Shown one piece after another: positions 51,001-63,653 of a stretch of 64,000 nt of DNA; within the stretch, counting starts at the first letter, position 1, and every line of letters starts with the position of its first letter. Source of the DNA: Ascidiella aspersa (lineage: Eukaryota); assembly GCA_963924565.1 (NCBI GenBank), contig OZ004611.1:25110001-25174000 (forward strand), written 5' to 3'. The position numbers and the translations under genes were made by a program. Below the pieces are notes generated by a model, which saw only the letters and a list, made by a program, of their open reading frames with translations, made no database searches and was not told the origin of the DNA.

Positions 51001-52239
51001 CCCAAAAAAGTCTAAATACACGAATGGTTCAGTAGGCCATACAAGATTTTAGCCTTTAAGACGTGCTTATGGCGAAAAGTGTATAGTTCATGTAACGTAT
51101 TTATAAGCAAAGCGAAGATCGAATGTTGAGGCCTGATCTTGGTACAGCATTAATAAACTTTGTCCACATTTAATTAGCAGGCGTCGTATGAGCGTTTAAA
51201 ACAGGCGTCGTATGAGCGTTTTTTTTAACATTTATTATTGTGTATGCGAATCTTTTGCACATTTGCAAACGACCACCAACAGTTGACGATTTTATTTATT
51301 TAACCGTCAAAGTTTCTATTCAAACAAAGCACCAAGTCAGGATCTTCAGAAAGTCGGACTTCAGACAGCAACCGCTGCAAAAATTACCCACAGCAGATGT
51401 TTATTTTACGGTCAAACCACTACGAAGCCGTTTGGGTATAGAAAAGCATTGGACCATTAAGTTCACACATATGCTTGCACCTGAGTGTCAAACTATGCTT
51501 GACTGAGTTTAAACACAGCTAACATGTTTTAGGATTTTTTTTTCAGCACAAAAACATTGATCTTTCACCAAAGCTTATCATTTGTAGTTTTGCTGTCAAA
51601 GTTGGGTTTGAAACTGGGTAACCCTATAGGACTAATATTTGAGACTTTAAATAAGGTAACTAAGCGTGGGACTATTTAATGAATGTTGGACAATGAATAA
51701 CTTAAGCTTAGGTGCATTATAAATAAAATAAGGTTTTTATTTTGCCAATAGTAAAATACTACGTAAAAATATTTGGCTTAAAAGTGTAACTTTATTATGA
51801 AGTGTCCTCGTGGCTTAAATATCCTACATAAGGTATTTACAAACTTTTTTGCTAATTATGTGTTGTCATGTGGAGAAAAATCATGTAAAACCAATCCGAA
51901 TGTGAAACTCAAATAATGTATAGCCGTATCGCGGTGAATACTAAAAATAAACTTATAGTTTTAAAACCTGATCACATCGATACAATCTGAGGTAAGAAAA
52001 TAGCACAAATTGGTTTAAAGTAGAACCTATCCAAAACAGCCTAAACCTAAGTAAGATTTTTTAAAGCAGGGCCCCAACCTTTTTTACTCCGCATGAAACT
52101 TGAAATGAAAAGAAGCCCTTCACCAAAGGTCTACGCGTAACCCATTCCACAATGTTGTAAAATTCACTGTGAGAGCGTCATGTTATTGAAATAAATTAAT
52201 TCGCAATGACGTCTGTGCCACATGGCGCGGAAACACACA

Positions 52240-52420
52240 GGATGATGGGTTTTCTATTCAATGCAGAATATAAGGGAGGATTTAGGTAGTTCTAACACAC
52301 AATACAGGCTCATCGTATTAAAGAGGTATTAAAAAGTTTGTGGAAAACACCCATACAGCGCTGGAATAGGCTGGATGGAAAAACAATTGAATAGGTTCAA
52401 AAAGAAACTATTAACCGTGT
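52240..52420 (+). mobile_element. Probable decayed 3' end of a CR1/L2-type LINE ORF2
   Basis: Frame-shifted peptides HNTGS..., QRWNRLDGK and LNRFKKKLL follow the order of the HNTR..WNxL..LxxFKxxL C-terminal motif of these LINEs. Confidence 0.38.
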
Positions 52421-53657
52421 GACGTGTCGAAACAGAAAAAGGAAATGAGAAGTTTCGCTGTAAACAAACTAGCACTTAATAACCACTGTCACGTTAAGCT
52501 GAAAGTTGACGAGGTAAATACTGTCAATCGGGGATTATCAAAACATCAAGTGTGTTTTCAGTTTTTTCTAAGTAAACTTGAAGTCGTAACTGCAAACATG
52601 CGGAAGAAAATTCGTGTTTAATTCTAAGTTTGGCGTCAGCTTTTATCATACTGTGTATTGCCATGATGATTCAGTTTAATGTCCCGCTATAGAACTGCCA
52701 TGACTAAACGTTGACGCGTCGGGAGTATCATTTAAATAATGCAAAGGAGCATTCCAGCGCATCGTTATAACAACAGGCCTGTTTAAATGTTCAATATAAA
52801 AGCGCCCATAGTACTTTTAATCTTTACCTTTTTCGAATTTCAAATGTTCGAATATCAGCCGTCTTTTGACACCACTTTGTGCATATTTTCAGTCCCTGGT
52901 TTGTTTAGTTAGATTTTTGCACTCTTTCCTATATCTTTTTGTGTCACTTTTAATTAGATCACAATATGGTTGTAAAAGGTCAAGCGTGTGGGAATGTATC
53001 CTACTTACAATCTAAAGTTTTTTTTTTTAATTTTATGCCGAAAATTTGACAAGTTCTGTTTTAAGTGGTTGTCTTTTTTAAATACGGCAATTGAAGAAAT
53101 AACTATTCTAGGGTCGTTACACTTGGCCTTTTCGAGAAATGCGACAAGGCAGCAAGGGAATGACTTTGCTGTTTTAAAATAACATTGTCAAAATAATCCT
53201 AAGATACGCGTCTCTTCGCTCAAACTTCTATTTACACTTTTGTTTACCAGGTTGAAACATGACACAAGTCGATTAGCTTTGGTTCAACCTCGTCACGATT
53301 TTCTGTGTATTTTAAAATACATAACTTTCAAATTACTCCAACGAAATTTCGATTGTATTTACAAGAAGTGTCTGATTTGAAATAGCATTTTTCGACGACA
53401 CGAAAGTGATTTGTAAAGTCAAAGAACAATGAACCCTTTCCAATGCATGTAAAATTACTGTTTACTTTTTTGGATTGCTTACAAGTTTTCACTTTTGTTT
53501 TCACACTTAATTTATCTTGAATTAGTTTTATTCGCTTTAAGTCATTAGCTCTTCTACTCCAAATGTCGATAGCTTTGTCGTCTGTATAAAACAAACCCTA
53601 ATACGTTAAATGTTTTATTACCTAATTAAGACAGACAATGAAACATATGTACACACA

Positions 53658-53819
53658 CAGTGTTTTTTTAAGGTATTTTGGGGGACCGAAACGGTCCCCC
53701 AAATTTCTCCAGCGGTTTCCCAAATTTTGGACTTGCAACTTTTTGGTATTTAAATGAAACACTTGCGGTCTCTTAAAACTTCTTAGCGGTCACCCAATCC
53801 AAACCTTAAAAAAACCCTG
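53658..53819 (+). mobile_element. hAT MITE, 162 bp
   Basis: [37 protein letters not shown], perfect TSD TACACACA, internal hairpin TTTGGGGGACCG-AAA-CGGTCCCCCAAA. Confidence 0.9.
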
Positions 53820-53831
53820 TACACACATATA

Positions 53832-53970
53832 TACCGGGACCGTCGCTCTACCAACTGAGCTATGCAGGCTCAGAAGGGGACGAGTCGAGAAACAACCATA
53901 CGCCAATGCTTGCTCACTCTGTTAGTACAAGCAACTTCATATTGAATCTGCAATGGCTTTCAGTGTACTA
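53832..53970. mobile_element. tRNA-derived element: minus-strand head (53832-53909) joined to plus-strand tail (~53940-53970)
   Basis: Reverse complement GCATAGCTCAGTTGGTAGAGCGACGGTCCCGGTAT matches the 15656 head; AATCTGCAATGGCTTTCAGTGTACTA matches the tail. Confidence 0.68.
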
Positions 53971-56514
53971 ATTAAGACAGTTTATGGCTTAGAAAGATGG
54001 CAAACACGAACATGAAAAACAGATGAAGGGTCCACCCTACCACCGAAATTGGTCAGTTGATGTTGTAGGGCTCTAGATAGGTCGACAGTCAAAAATGAAA
54101 CTTCATGTTTTTTTTTACATCAACAGGAGTTTCATGAAAATTCAGGGACTAGAGAAGAGACAGCACATTAGGCCGTCCTTGGTATGACTGAGCCTCTGCA
54201 GAGAATTTCAAGGCATTTATAAACTGGTTGTAGTTTTATGGGCTGTTTTTCTTAACTATAGTTAGCCAAAAATGTATGCTATTTTGGGGTAAACGTATTT
54301 TCCAAATCTTTCTTCACAAAAAAGGAGGACGTTTAACAGGTTAACAACCAACTGTATTTAAATAATACCTATAATTCTCTTCACTTAACTTTTTGTAAGT
54401 TAATGTGGACAAAACGCAAAATAGACCATAATTAGTTGAATCAAAGTAAAGTGGCCCTCGTCGTGTTGCTGGCGCATTTGTCTAAAGTAATGGAGAAATC
54501 CTGCACAGAATCAATCTTTGTAAATATAACCACTCAAAACTGCTACGTTCAGCCACCCATAGGTTGAGAAACACTTCTTTAAGCCAAACGTTGGAAATAC
54601 AGGTTGTAAAGTAAAGATAATGTAATTACTAGCGGTGTGTTTTATTTATAGACAAACTGGCGCCAGAATGCGTGGAAAATTAGCTCATAAAGCGACCATT
54701 TAATGGCGTGGTAATTAAAAAGTGGGTTTTCGACTATGGAATAACTACACTCACGAAAATTGAATTGTTTCTGAAAACTTTCATTCTCAACAAGCAACAT
54801 TTCAATTGTATTTAAAAACTTCATCAACCTTAGGCCCTTCAATGGGATCTCTCGCCTAAATCGAAAAGTTTAATTTTAACGCTTTTTTTCTGGATTATAG
54901 AAGTCGAGCTTTATTTTTAAAGCGACTGATTAAAGTTATAAGTTTACAAGAAAAGTTTAAAAAGTCGACATTCGATAAAATCGACATATCTTGCTGTATT
55001 TAGAGGTTTCGATTATAACAGATTATATATACCACCATCAGTGTAGAATCAATTTATTTCTAGACAATGTTTTTAATTGGCGTTTGGCGATCGGCAGACA
55101 ACGGACATCCTAACATTTCTTTATTGTGTTTCTTTACGGTATTAGGGGAGCAAGAGACACTACGGATAGGTAAAACATTCTATTTAACAATGGGTTAAAG
55201 TATCAGATAACCCCCTTCGTATGCCGAACAATTAACCGCATCACATTCCCCGTGCTGAGAGGCTACACCGCTGTACAACAAGGATTCTTAATCAGAGTTT
55301 GAATGGGCAACCAAGGGAATTTTTAACTATAAACCTACAGAAACAGAACTGCATTTGTTTTGTTAGGGCTGTTTTTGGGTAGGAAACTTACATAAATTAG
55401 CGATTCAATTCGACGCATTCATATGGGTTGAATTTAGTCATTATTTATGGGAAAATTTTGCAAAAACCTTTTGTATTTAAAACGTTAAAATTTTGATTTT
55501 TGTTGTTGTGCTTAAAGAGACGTTCTCTGTCTGTCTATTACACTTGCGATATTATTCAGGTAAATGTCATTCAGTTTGCAGAATAGTTAAACAAATCGTA
55601 ATGAACCAAACGTGGTCCAAAAACCTTCGATCTTAGTGTACATCGCTTTTATGTCAAAAAATATTTTAAGCAAGGTTTAACTTCGACTAATAGGTTGTAT
55701 TTTTATGAAACATAAATAGCTTGGCAATATTGCACCACCTTTCGCAACATATTACCTCGAAGGAAACTTATTCCAGTTCCAATCCAGAACAAAGTGAATT
55801 AATGGACAAATATTTAGTAGCAGCTGCTTTACATGTATTACTATATCTAACGTTTCCATTTTGAATACTGTTGCGATAAAGCTGACAATACATAACGTTA
55901 AACCAAGCAATAGTTCTATATATGGTGAGTATATTGCAAAAGGATAAGCTGGTATTCTATCAAGTTAGAAAACACAACGCTAATGGATATTAAACTTCCA
56001 ATACCTTCAAATTTGAATGCATTTCAAACCAACAAATCCAAAATAAACGTTACGTAATCAGACAAAATAAAGAACGCATACAGGCGTCTCCACAAATGGA
56101 GGCGACCGTATTGACACCCCGCCAATTGACACAACAACGAAATGACACAACCGCGAAATGACATTACTCTCTTGAAACCTAAAACCACGCACCGAAAACG
56201 TTCCACAGGTATTTGGTTTAGTGCCTGTATCGTTTCCATTAGGCATTCATGGTGTTTAGGTCTTATTTATCGGATTTGGAACTAGAGGGTCAGCAAACCC
56301 ATAGAATGCAGAGGTTATATGCTTGGTGTTTCATATAGCTAGCTGGTTTGGCAGCCTTTCGTGAGCATGTAATTTTCTAACGTCTTTTAAAAATAACGTA
56401 GTTTTGCAACTACCAAAAATGCCAATTTCGCTGTAGTGTGTAGCTTCGTCAACTTCCAGCAATAGCATATTGTCCAAAATGCCATATAACTTTGATGTTA
56501 CTATGCATAACAGC

Positions 56515-56910
56515 CATTTTGCTGTGATGTCATTATGCAGAACTGTCATTTTGCTGTGATGTCATTTCGCTTTGATGTCATTTCGCTTCGATGTCACTTC
56601 GAAGAACTGTCATTTTGTTATTATGTCATTTCGCTTTTGTGTCATTATACAATGCTGTTATTTTGGTTTGATGTCAATATGTAAAACTGTCAATCTTCTG
56701 TGATGTCACTTCGCTTTGATGTCATTATGCGGAACTGTCGTTTTGCTGTGATGTTATTTCGCTTCGGTGTCATTACGCATAACTGCAATTTTATTATTAT
56801 GTCATGTCATTTAGCTTCGGTGTCATTAGACATATCTGTTATTCAAGTGTGATGTCGCTACGCTTTGGTGTCATAATGCAGAACTGTCATTTTGCTGTGG
56901 TGTCATTTCG
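56515..56910. repeat. Degenerate 16-bp minisatellite (~25 units) with a 48-bp higher-order period
   Basis: Units CATTTTGCTGTGATGT / CATTTCGCTTYGRTGT / CATTATGCAGAACTGT, mostly in A-B-C order. Confidence 0.9.
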
Positions 56911-58589
56911 CGACCATGTTTTACGAGGTCAATAAACTGCTGTTTAAATGTTAAATCGACCAATAAAGTATTTTTACAAGATCGATACAGACTTTTGTAA
57001 ACATTGAATCACAAGTTGAACACTGTTTGCTGTGCATGGATTCTGTCAAGCTTATATACTTTCGTTTTAGGAAAATGTGAAACAGCTTGTTCCGTGTGAT
57101 ACAACGATTAATGCGACGTCCTTTGGTAGAAGTGTTTAAAGAGCTTGGAGCGTATGACACATTATAAATGTATATATATGTTCAAATAAGAAATATATAA
57201 TTCCGCTTTGGTAAAATACATATTCCTGCAAACGTCAGATTTTGCTATTTAATTAAGTTTTACTTGTTTATATGTACAAAACTTATGTTAGTCAATATAT
57301 CTATCTTCCATCACAAAATTATTGCAGTTGATACAAGGGCAACTGAAATGCTTAAAAATTAAGTTAGGTTTTCTGTGGTTGTTTTTTATTACGTTAAAGC
57401 TGTTTTGACTTTTTTTCTGTTTAACAACTATAAAATGTAGGTTATACGTTTTTTATGTGCGATGTGTTATTTTTTTCTTACACACCTTGTACTAATTTCC
57501 TTTCAACGATAAGCATTAAATTGCGTGATTCTGTAAATTACAGGGTATAAAACTAATTTGTAATGTTCACTTTCAACCAATTACAGCCCGCAACCTTTGA
57601 CAGACAAACACTTTCAGATGAAATTATACAGCGAATTAAACTAAAGATTGTTTGTCGCCTATGATTTAAACGGGGCTTACTAAAAATAACTGGTACAATT
57701 CGTTAGGAAGAAAGTAAGTCAGCAATTTAACCAAACCTCTTCAGACATTTTACCAGAGAATTGTTTTCGTGGGAGGTGTATTGCCTACCTATAGTAAACG
57801 CAGAGCAGAACTGCTGTTTAAATATTTTTAGTAACAGGTTGTTTAAAGTAAAAGGTGCTTCAGGGTTAAAGGTTAAGGTAACCCCGGGTTAGAGTAGTAA
57901 TCTTACTAATGTAGGGGACAAAGTTAAACTTGTAGGTATAGGTCACCTACTACAGCGGCACTGATCTTTGTTAAATCTAATACTTTGCGCGTATTGTAGC
58001 TAAAAGGGCTCCCCAGGGCTCTTATCTCAACCAGTCTGGGACTTGACATTTCACGTACGCCAATATGATGAAAACGCATTATTGACCGCGATGGCCAAGT
58101 ATAGCTACGTGCGCAGATAGCGCCACTCCATATTGCCCAAAAATATCACATTAAACTATACAGGAAATCTAGATTATGTGTCTAACCCACCAAGGTTTTA
58201 GTGAAAAATGATGAAGCGGTGCCGAATTCCACGAAGGTAAATTGCATTGGAACAACCTTAATAATTTATTATTTGTGTTCGAAAACGTGTAAACACTACA
58301 ACTGTTTTCAAAATTTATATTCAGACAGCGTACAACAACTTGCTACGTTTAACTAGTTTAGCCACCTTTCTGGTGACAAAAAAACGATACCAAACGCTAA
58401 AACTGTTTTACACCTTACAAGTCAATAGTACTTTGCTCTCATGTTATCGCGAAACGCTCTCACCAGAACTTATTTAAATAAAGCTTAAATGGTAAGTTTA
58501 TAAATGCATTATAATTTTAATTGCCGCTAATAAGTTTAACCATATGCACACCTCTTGTGAAATGGCTAACAGGTTACTGTTTAATGAAA

Positions 58590-59235
58590 ATTAGGCGTGA
58601 ATTTGTAAACAATAGCGCGCTCGTAAGAGAAATCCGGCTTAAGCTACTGTACTGTAAAATACACCAGCCCAGTGCAAAAGAGCGTCGGCGGCGCGTCCTT
58701 TGAAAGCGGGGGAGTAAAACGAGGCAAAAGTAATGGCGGGTGCGCGTCGTCATGCCGCGAAGGTCGGTCACGTGACGGAGATTAAAAGATCGCACAGTGA
58801 GAAAAAGGCAGCGCGTGGGAGCGAGAGAGCAGGAAAGGCGCACAAAAAAGAAAGAAGGCAGGAGCAGACGGAGGTTAAATGAAGGGGCGTGGATGTTTGC
58901 GCGTTGCTCGCGCACCGTGTGTGTGCATTCGAAACTGAACAGGGTCAGGGCGGCCTTCTTGATTATAGCGTTTTGCGGAGGCAGGAATTGGCCTCGGCTA
59001 GCGTTTCCCGTTTTTTTATTCTTTACTACTTGGGTCCGGGGGCAAAGAAAAAGGCCTCGCAATGGCTGGCGTCGAACGAGCGCCATATTGCTTTCGAAAA
59101 CTGGCGTGAACCGAATGCAGCCTTACATCTTAGTGAAGTGACTTGCGACAGGGAATGCAATCCGGGTTGGTACTATTTTGAAATCGCATGACGTTTGAAT
59201 TTATTATTACCGGTGACGCGGTCTGACGATAACAA
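58590..59235. promoter_or_regulatory. CpG/GC-rich island, promoter- or enhancer-like
   Basis: Appears to be the most CpG-dense non-coding stretch in the window. Contains GGTCACGTGAC E-box (~58766), YY1/Pho-like AATGGCGG (~58732) and CGCCATATT (59081), and TCF-like CCTTTGAA (~58697). Confidence 0.5.
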
Positions 59236-62200
59236 AATTTCACGGCGGCTAAAATTACCTATACAGAGCAATAAATCAATATAATTTAGCCCAGTCAGAC
59301 AACCTCAAAAACGAGGCATGCATCTCGATTTTTATATAAGAAGGAAACAAATTGTATCACATTTACCTTTAAAACAAAATTTTAGAGTAAATTAATATGA
59401 ACTCTAAAACGAATGACACTAGGTTATACTGCTTGTTGATCATTGCTGTGACGACCCGAATAACTGGTGCCACAGAATCTGATAAACCACAAGCAAAGCG
59501 TATAATACTTTCAAAACAAACTATGTTTTTTGTTGTTTTACTCTTGTTTCAAAGTTTATGTTTTACTTGATTACCTTGGTACACTTAACTTAGCTGTGTA
59601 CGCTGTTCAACACTATAACCCTTTTATAGCAGGTGTCTGGTTTTGTATGGACCCCATCAATATACAAATACCTTGGATAAATATTCTTCCCAATGAAATG
59701 TAAAGTTCCACCTTTTAACATTTGTATAGTTTAGCGGAACAAAAAACGGCGAGGTAGCTGCATTGCGATGTACTAAAAAATATTCTATAACACACTAAGT
59801 TGTTGTAGGAGGATGACATTCGAAATAGAACCTGCATAAACGACTGAAAACAAGTTTAAACTTTGCAAATTGCGGATGGCAGTACATAAAGAATCAATAG
59901 CTAAACAGCAACCAAATAGCGTTGTACACCAGTGCCATTGAGTGATCAAATTAATGGCAGCGAAAGGCGTTTCACGCTTATGAAAAGGTTTGATTTAAAC
60001 TAAGTGATGTTTGGGCATTTTTCTGCTCCAAGCGTTTCACCAAAACGAAATGTGATTTCTAGCGTTTTGTACCATCGGGTCACACGTCCAAATACCACCA
60101 ACAAAGTCGTTTACTACATTGTATCAGCTCATTGCTCATTAAATAAAGTTAAAGAGCTTTAAACCGAAATCAAGAGGACTTAAATCAAACTGAACTTGAA
60201 GATTTTAGATGTTTAGTAAAGCAGTTATACACGAAATACTCAATCCAGCAACCGGTGTCTTGCTAAACAGTCGAATCCCTTTTGATCAACTTTTTTTTAT
60301 ATTTGTAACCCACTCTACTGAGTAAGCGTGTCCAATTTTATTTATATCTTGATCGTATACAATTGTTTTACTGAAAAGCCCCAGGTTTGGTTGTCAAACC
60401 GTTATAACAGTTGTCAAAATAAGCAAAATAGATTTTATTTTTTAAACCACAGTACATCCAACCCAGGCCTTAATAGTCGCACATCCTGTTCCTAAATCCT
60501 ATTTCTTTCAAATAAAATTCTATTCCTTTTAATTGCTCGTTTGGTTTTCGAGGTAAGCTAACCTTGCCGTACTTGGCGTTACATGGAACAAATTACCATA
60601 AAGAGATTAACAAACCATCTTGTTGTTGGCTTGCGGCAATGCTAACAACTTAAAAAAAAAATGGATGTCGAAAAATATTCGAAAATGTAGGCTAAACGGC
60701 CGGATATCATATAAAGCGCCAAAAATCAGTTTTAAAGTTCACATAAATTTTAGAAGGCCAATTGATTTGGACACTTAATTAAATCACAAAAACATCACCC
60801 GTACAAAGTAATTTTTTTACATATAGGGGCCAGTTGGTTGACAACAGGATTTTGTTTAAATTTGGGCTACATTCATTTGTTTGCGATTTATTTTTAATCC
60901 ACTTACAAAGATTTATTTTTATACACTTACAATTTGGTACCTTTATTTAAAGTTGCATTTTAATGATACAGTAGTTCAATACTGAATTATAAGTAAAACA
61001 GTAAAATATAAATTAACGACATTTTAGTTAAATTGGGTTCAAAATTAACCTGGCCGCAATTTACTGGTAACTTGCGTCTTTCTAAACAAAAATACTAATG
61101 TCAGAAAAGAATTGAAATTGTATAAAACTTCCGTTTAAAGTTTAGATTGCATTATTGGATATTTTAGGGTTTGGCCAACTTAAAAAAGGATGTACCTTTG
61201 ACTTAAAAAAAATCGCCAAATTGAAATTCGAATTTTCAAAGTTAAAAACATTCAATTTAATTGACTAATACAAAAAGCGCTTCTGGTGAAAAACGCCGTT
61301 TATCACGTCCGTTGCGCAACGCTGGAGTTTTATGCATTGTCTGTACAAGTAAAGTTTTAAGTTACAGTGGCTGCTGTCTGCTCCTAATGCATTTACTTGA
61401 GTGCACATGCCGTAACGGTTTCACAGCCTGTGTTGTGATATTACTGCTGATAAAACAGTGACAGTGATTGTTTTGTGCGTTTCCCGAAAAAGGCAATATT
61501 ATCGTTCCATGCTGGCGTATATACAGTATATACCTGTATTTCAGTGCAAACGCTAAATGCGAGTACAGATAGAGCGTCTAAAATGACGGAATACCAATGG
61601 AATGGTGGTTACTTTCACAGTCGTCTGACCTTCACAGTCGTCTGTAATAAGCTAAAGATTGCTGGTTTCTTAAAAAAAAACTATTCCCATGGGGTCCTTG
61701 AACAAAAACCTGTAGGTTAAAATAGTAGAATTACCAACGAAACAAAAATAAAATGCAAACCATAACAAAATACCATTAGACGCGTAAAAGTAAAATGGAC
61801 TCCAGCCATAAGACCTAAAAACGTCTTGGACTCTTGGTGTCAATACTATGGTATAGATTATTTTGCTTTAAATATTGTTGCTTTGTAGATGTGTGTTCCC
61901 GATATAATACAAAAAAGTTGACTTCTAAATGGGGTTAAAAAGGAAAATCCACGGCACATTGACAGCCACCGCCATTATTTGTACTCTGTCACAATGGGTT
62001 GCCCAATCTGTATTTTGCCTTCCAAAGCTCTGAACCACATTTGAACCTGGGTATTGATTGGTTTGATGCAATTTGATCTGTTCGTTTTAAAAATTCATTA
62101 ATTAATCAGAAGTCTGTGTAAGGCCACCATTCCAAAAACCTGTGTATGAAATGACAGAAAAGGTTTATTGGGAAACGCATAGAGGTTAAATGCGTTTAAT

Positions 62201-62949
62201 AAGCAGACTCGGCGAGAATGGGTGGCGCTCTGTTGGCAATACAAATATCCAAAAGTTCAAATAGTTGTAAATCATTTGCTTAATAAAGTTATCCGTTGCT
62301 TGGCCAAATACGCACAGCATCGGACGCTATGGTCTTTTGACCCAGATGAGAAAGACTTAAATCGGCCAGCTACGGTGGCGTTCAATTTAAAGTGCTGGAA
62401 AACCTAATCTAATTGCACCTGACTTCAATTAGCTGGCGTTTATAAACGGCGCTAAATGGCAAAGGGCACGAATTTCCGTGGCAATTTCAGCGGGCTTTTA
62501 AGGCACTTTTAAGCCACGGTGCGGATTGGACAGGGTGTGTTTAAACGTGTTTATGAAAAGCGAGTCGCTTAAGGCATTATATAGGCCAATTACTCAAGAG
62601 GCTTCAACATGAAACGGGTTTGTCAGCACGGCCGCTGTTATGAATGAAATAAAAAGTAAAGGTCTCACAATTTTGGCGTCACATTTGATTTCCATCCGTA
62701 ATGCATGATTTTAGCAAAACTTGCATTGACATAAAACTGTATCTCAAATTCATCTGTCTTTTCTAAAAAATATCAAACTGTTTTTAGGATTTCCACCATT
62801 TTGAAATTAATTTTATAGTTTCTAATAATACTCAGTATCTAACAAATGTAAAATAGGTTTTAAAAATGGATGTTCTTTACTTTTATGAACTTTGAACAGC
62901 AAGTACGAACTAAACCGTTAGTTCTAAACATGAGGCATATCTCCTAAGA

Positions 62950-63653
62950 CAGTGGTCTTCAACATTTTAACCAAGCGACCCCAATTTGAAAAAAATGAAA
63001 TCAGAATTTACATTGCGACCCCATTTTGTGTCAAATACCAATTAAAAAAATTCAATTATTGCTGGAACAAAGTCACACAAGCGAATATGCGGAAATTGTT
63101 CGCAATTCCAGAGAACTGATGCTACACATGTGCAGAAAAATTGATTGCCTTTAGGAAGTTTTAGTTAAACCTGAATTTAACAAACGAACGATCACAAAAA
63201 TTGCAATTTGTTTCAACAGTAAATTGCACTTAGTGCGATGATTGCGCCTGCAGAGTATCAAATAGTTTTTGCAAACGCGGCTCCACTTTGCACAAGCATA
63301 ACCACCTATGCTTTACTTCAAGCGATTACGATGTTTCGTTTTTAATATTATGCCCTTTGCGTTGAATCCAGCCTCTCAAAGCCATGTAGTTGAAACAGCA
63401 ATGAGTATTTTAGTAAAATAATCACAATTAGAAAGAGTGGGGTACGTTGATTGCCTCATATTGACTTAGCAGCTCTTAGCAGCGATTTTATGTAGAAGAA
63501 ATGAGCTTGTCTCACTTACGCATTCACTCACGTAAATTAGTGTGACGCCATCCTAAAGGAAACGAAATACATTAATAGTAATAAAACAGCAGGAATATGA
63601 AGAGTTATGGCGACCCCAGAAAAATTTTAGGATTCACAGGTTGGAGACCACTG
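62950..63653 (+). mobile_element. Second copy of the 16094 hAT family, 704 bp
   Basis: TIR CAGTGGTCT...GAGACCACTG, TSD TCCTAAGA/GCCTAAGA; shared internal blocks such as AAACGCGGCTCCACTTTGCA and GAGTTATGGCGACCCCAGAAAAATTT. Confidence 0.88.

Noticed and set aside
52283-52300. Seed-like matches to conserved miRNAs (e.g. TAGGTAGTT here, TGTCATGGA at ~3431)
   Set aside because: Match is limited to 8-9 nt with no supporting hairpin; novel miRNAs cannot be assessed by eye.
56515-56910. CRISPR-like array
   Set aside because: Contiguous 16-bp units without unique spacers, no cas genes, eukaryotic context.
58521-59191. Overlapping 100-170 aa ORFs on both strands
   Set aside because: Expected in a GC-rich island; mostly non-ATG starts and no recognisable domain.
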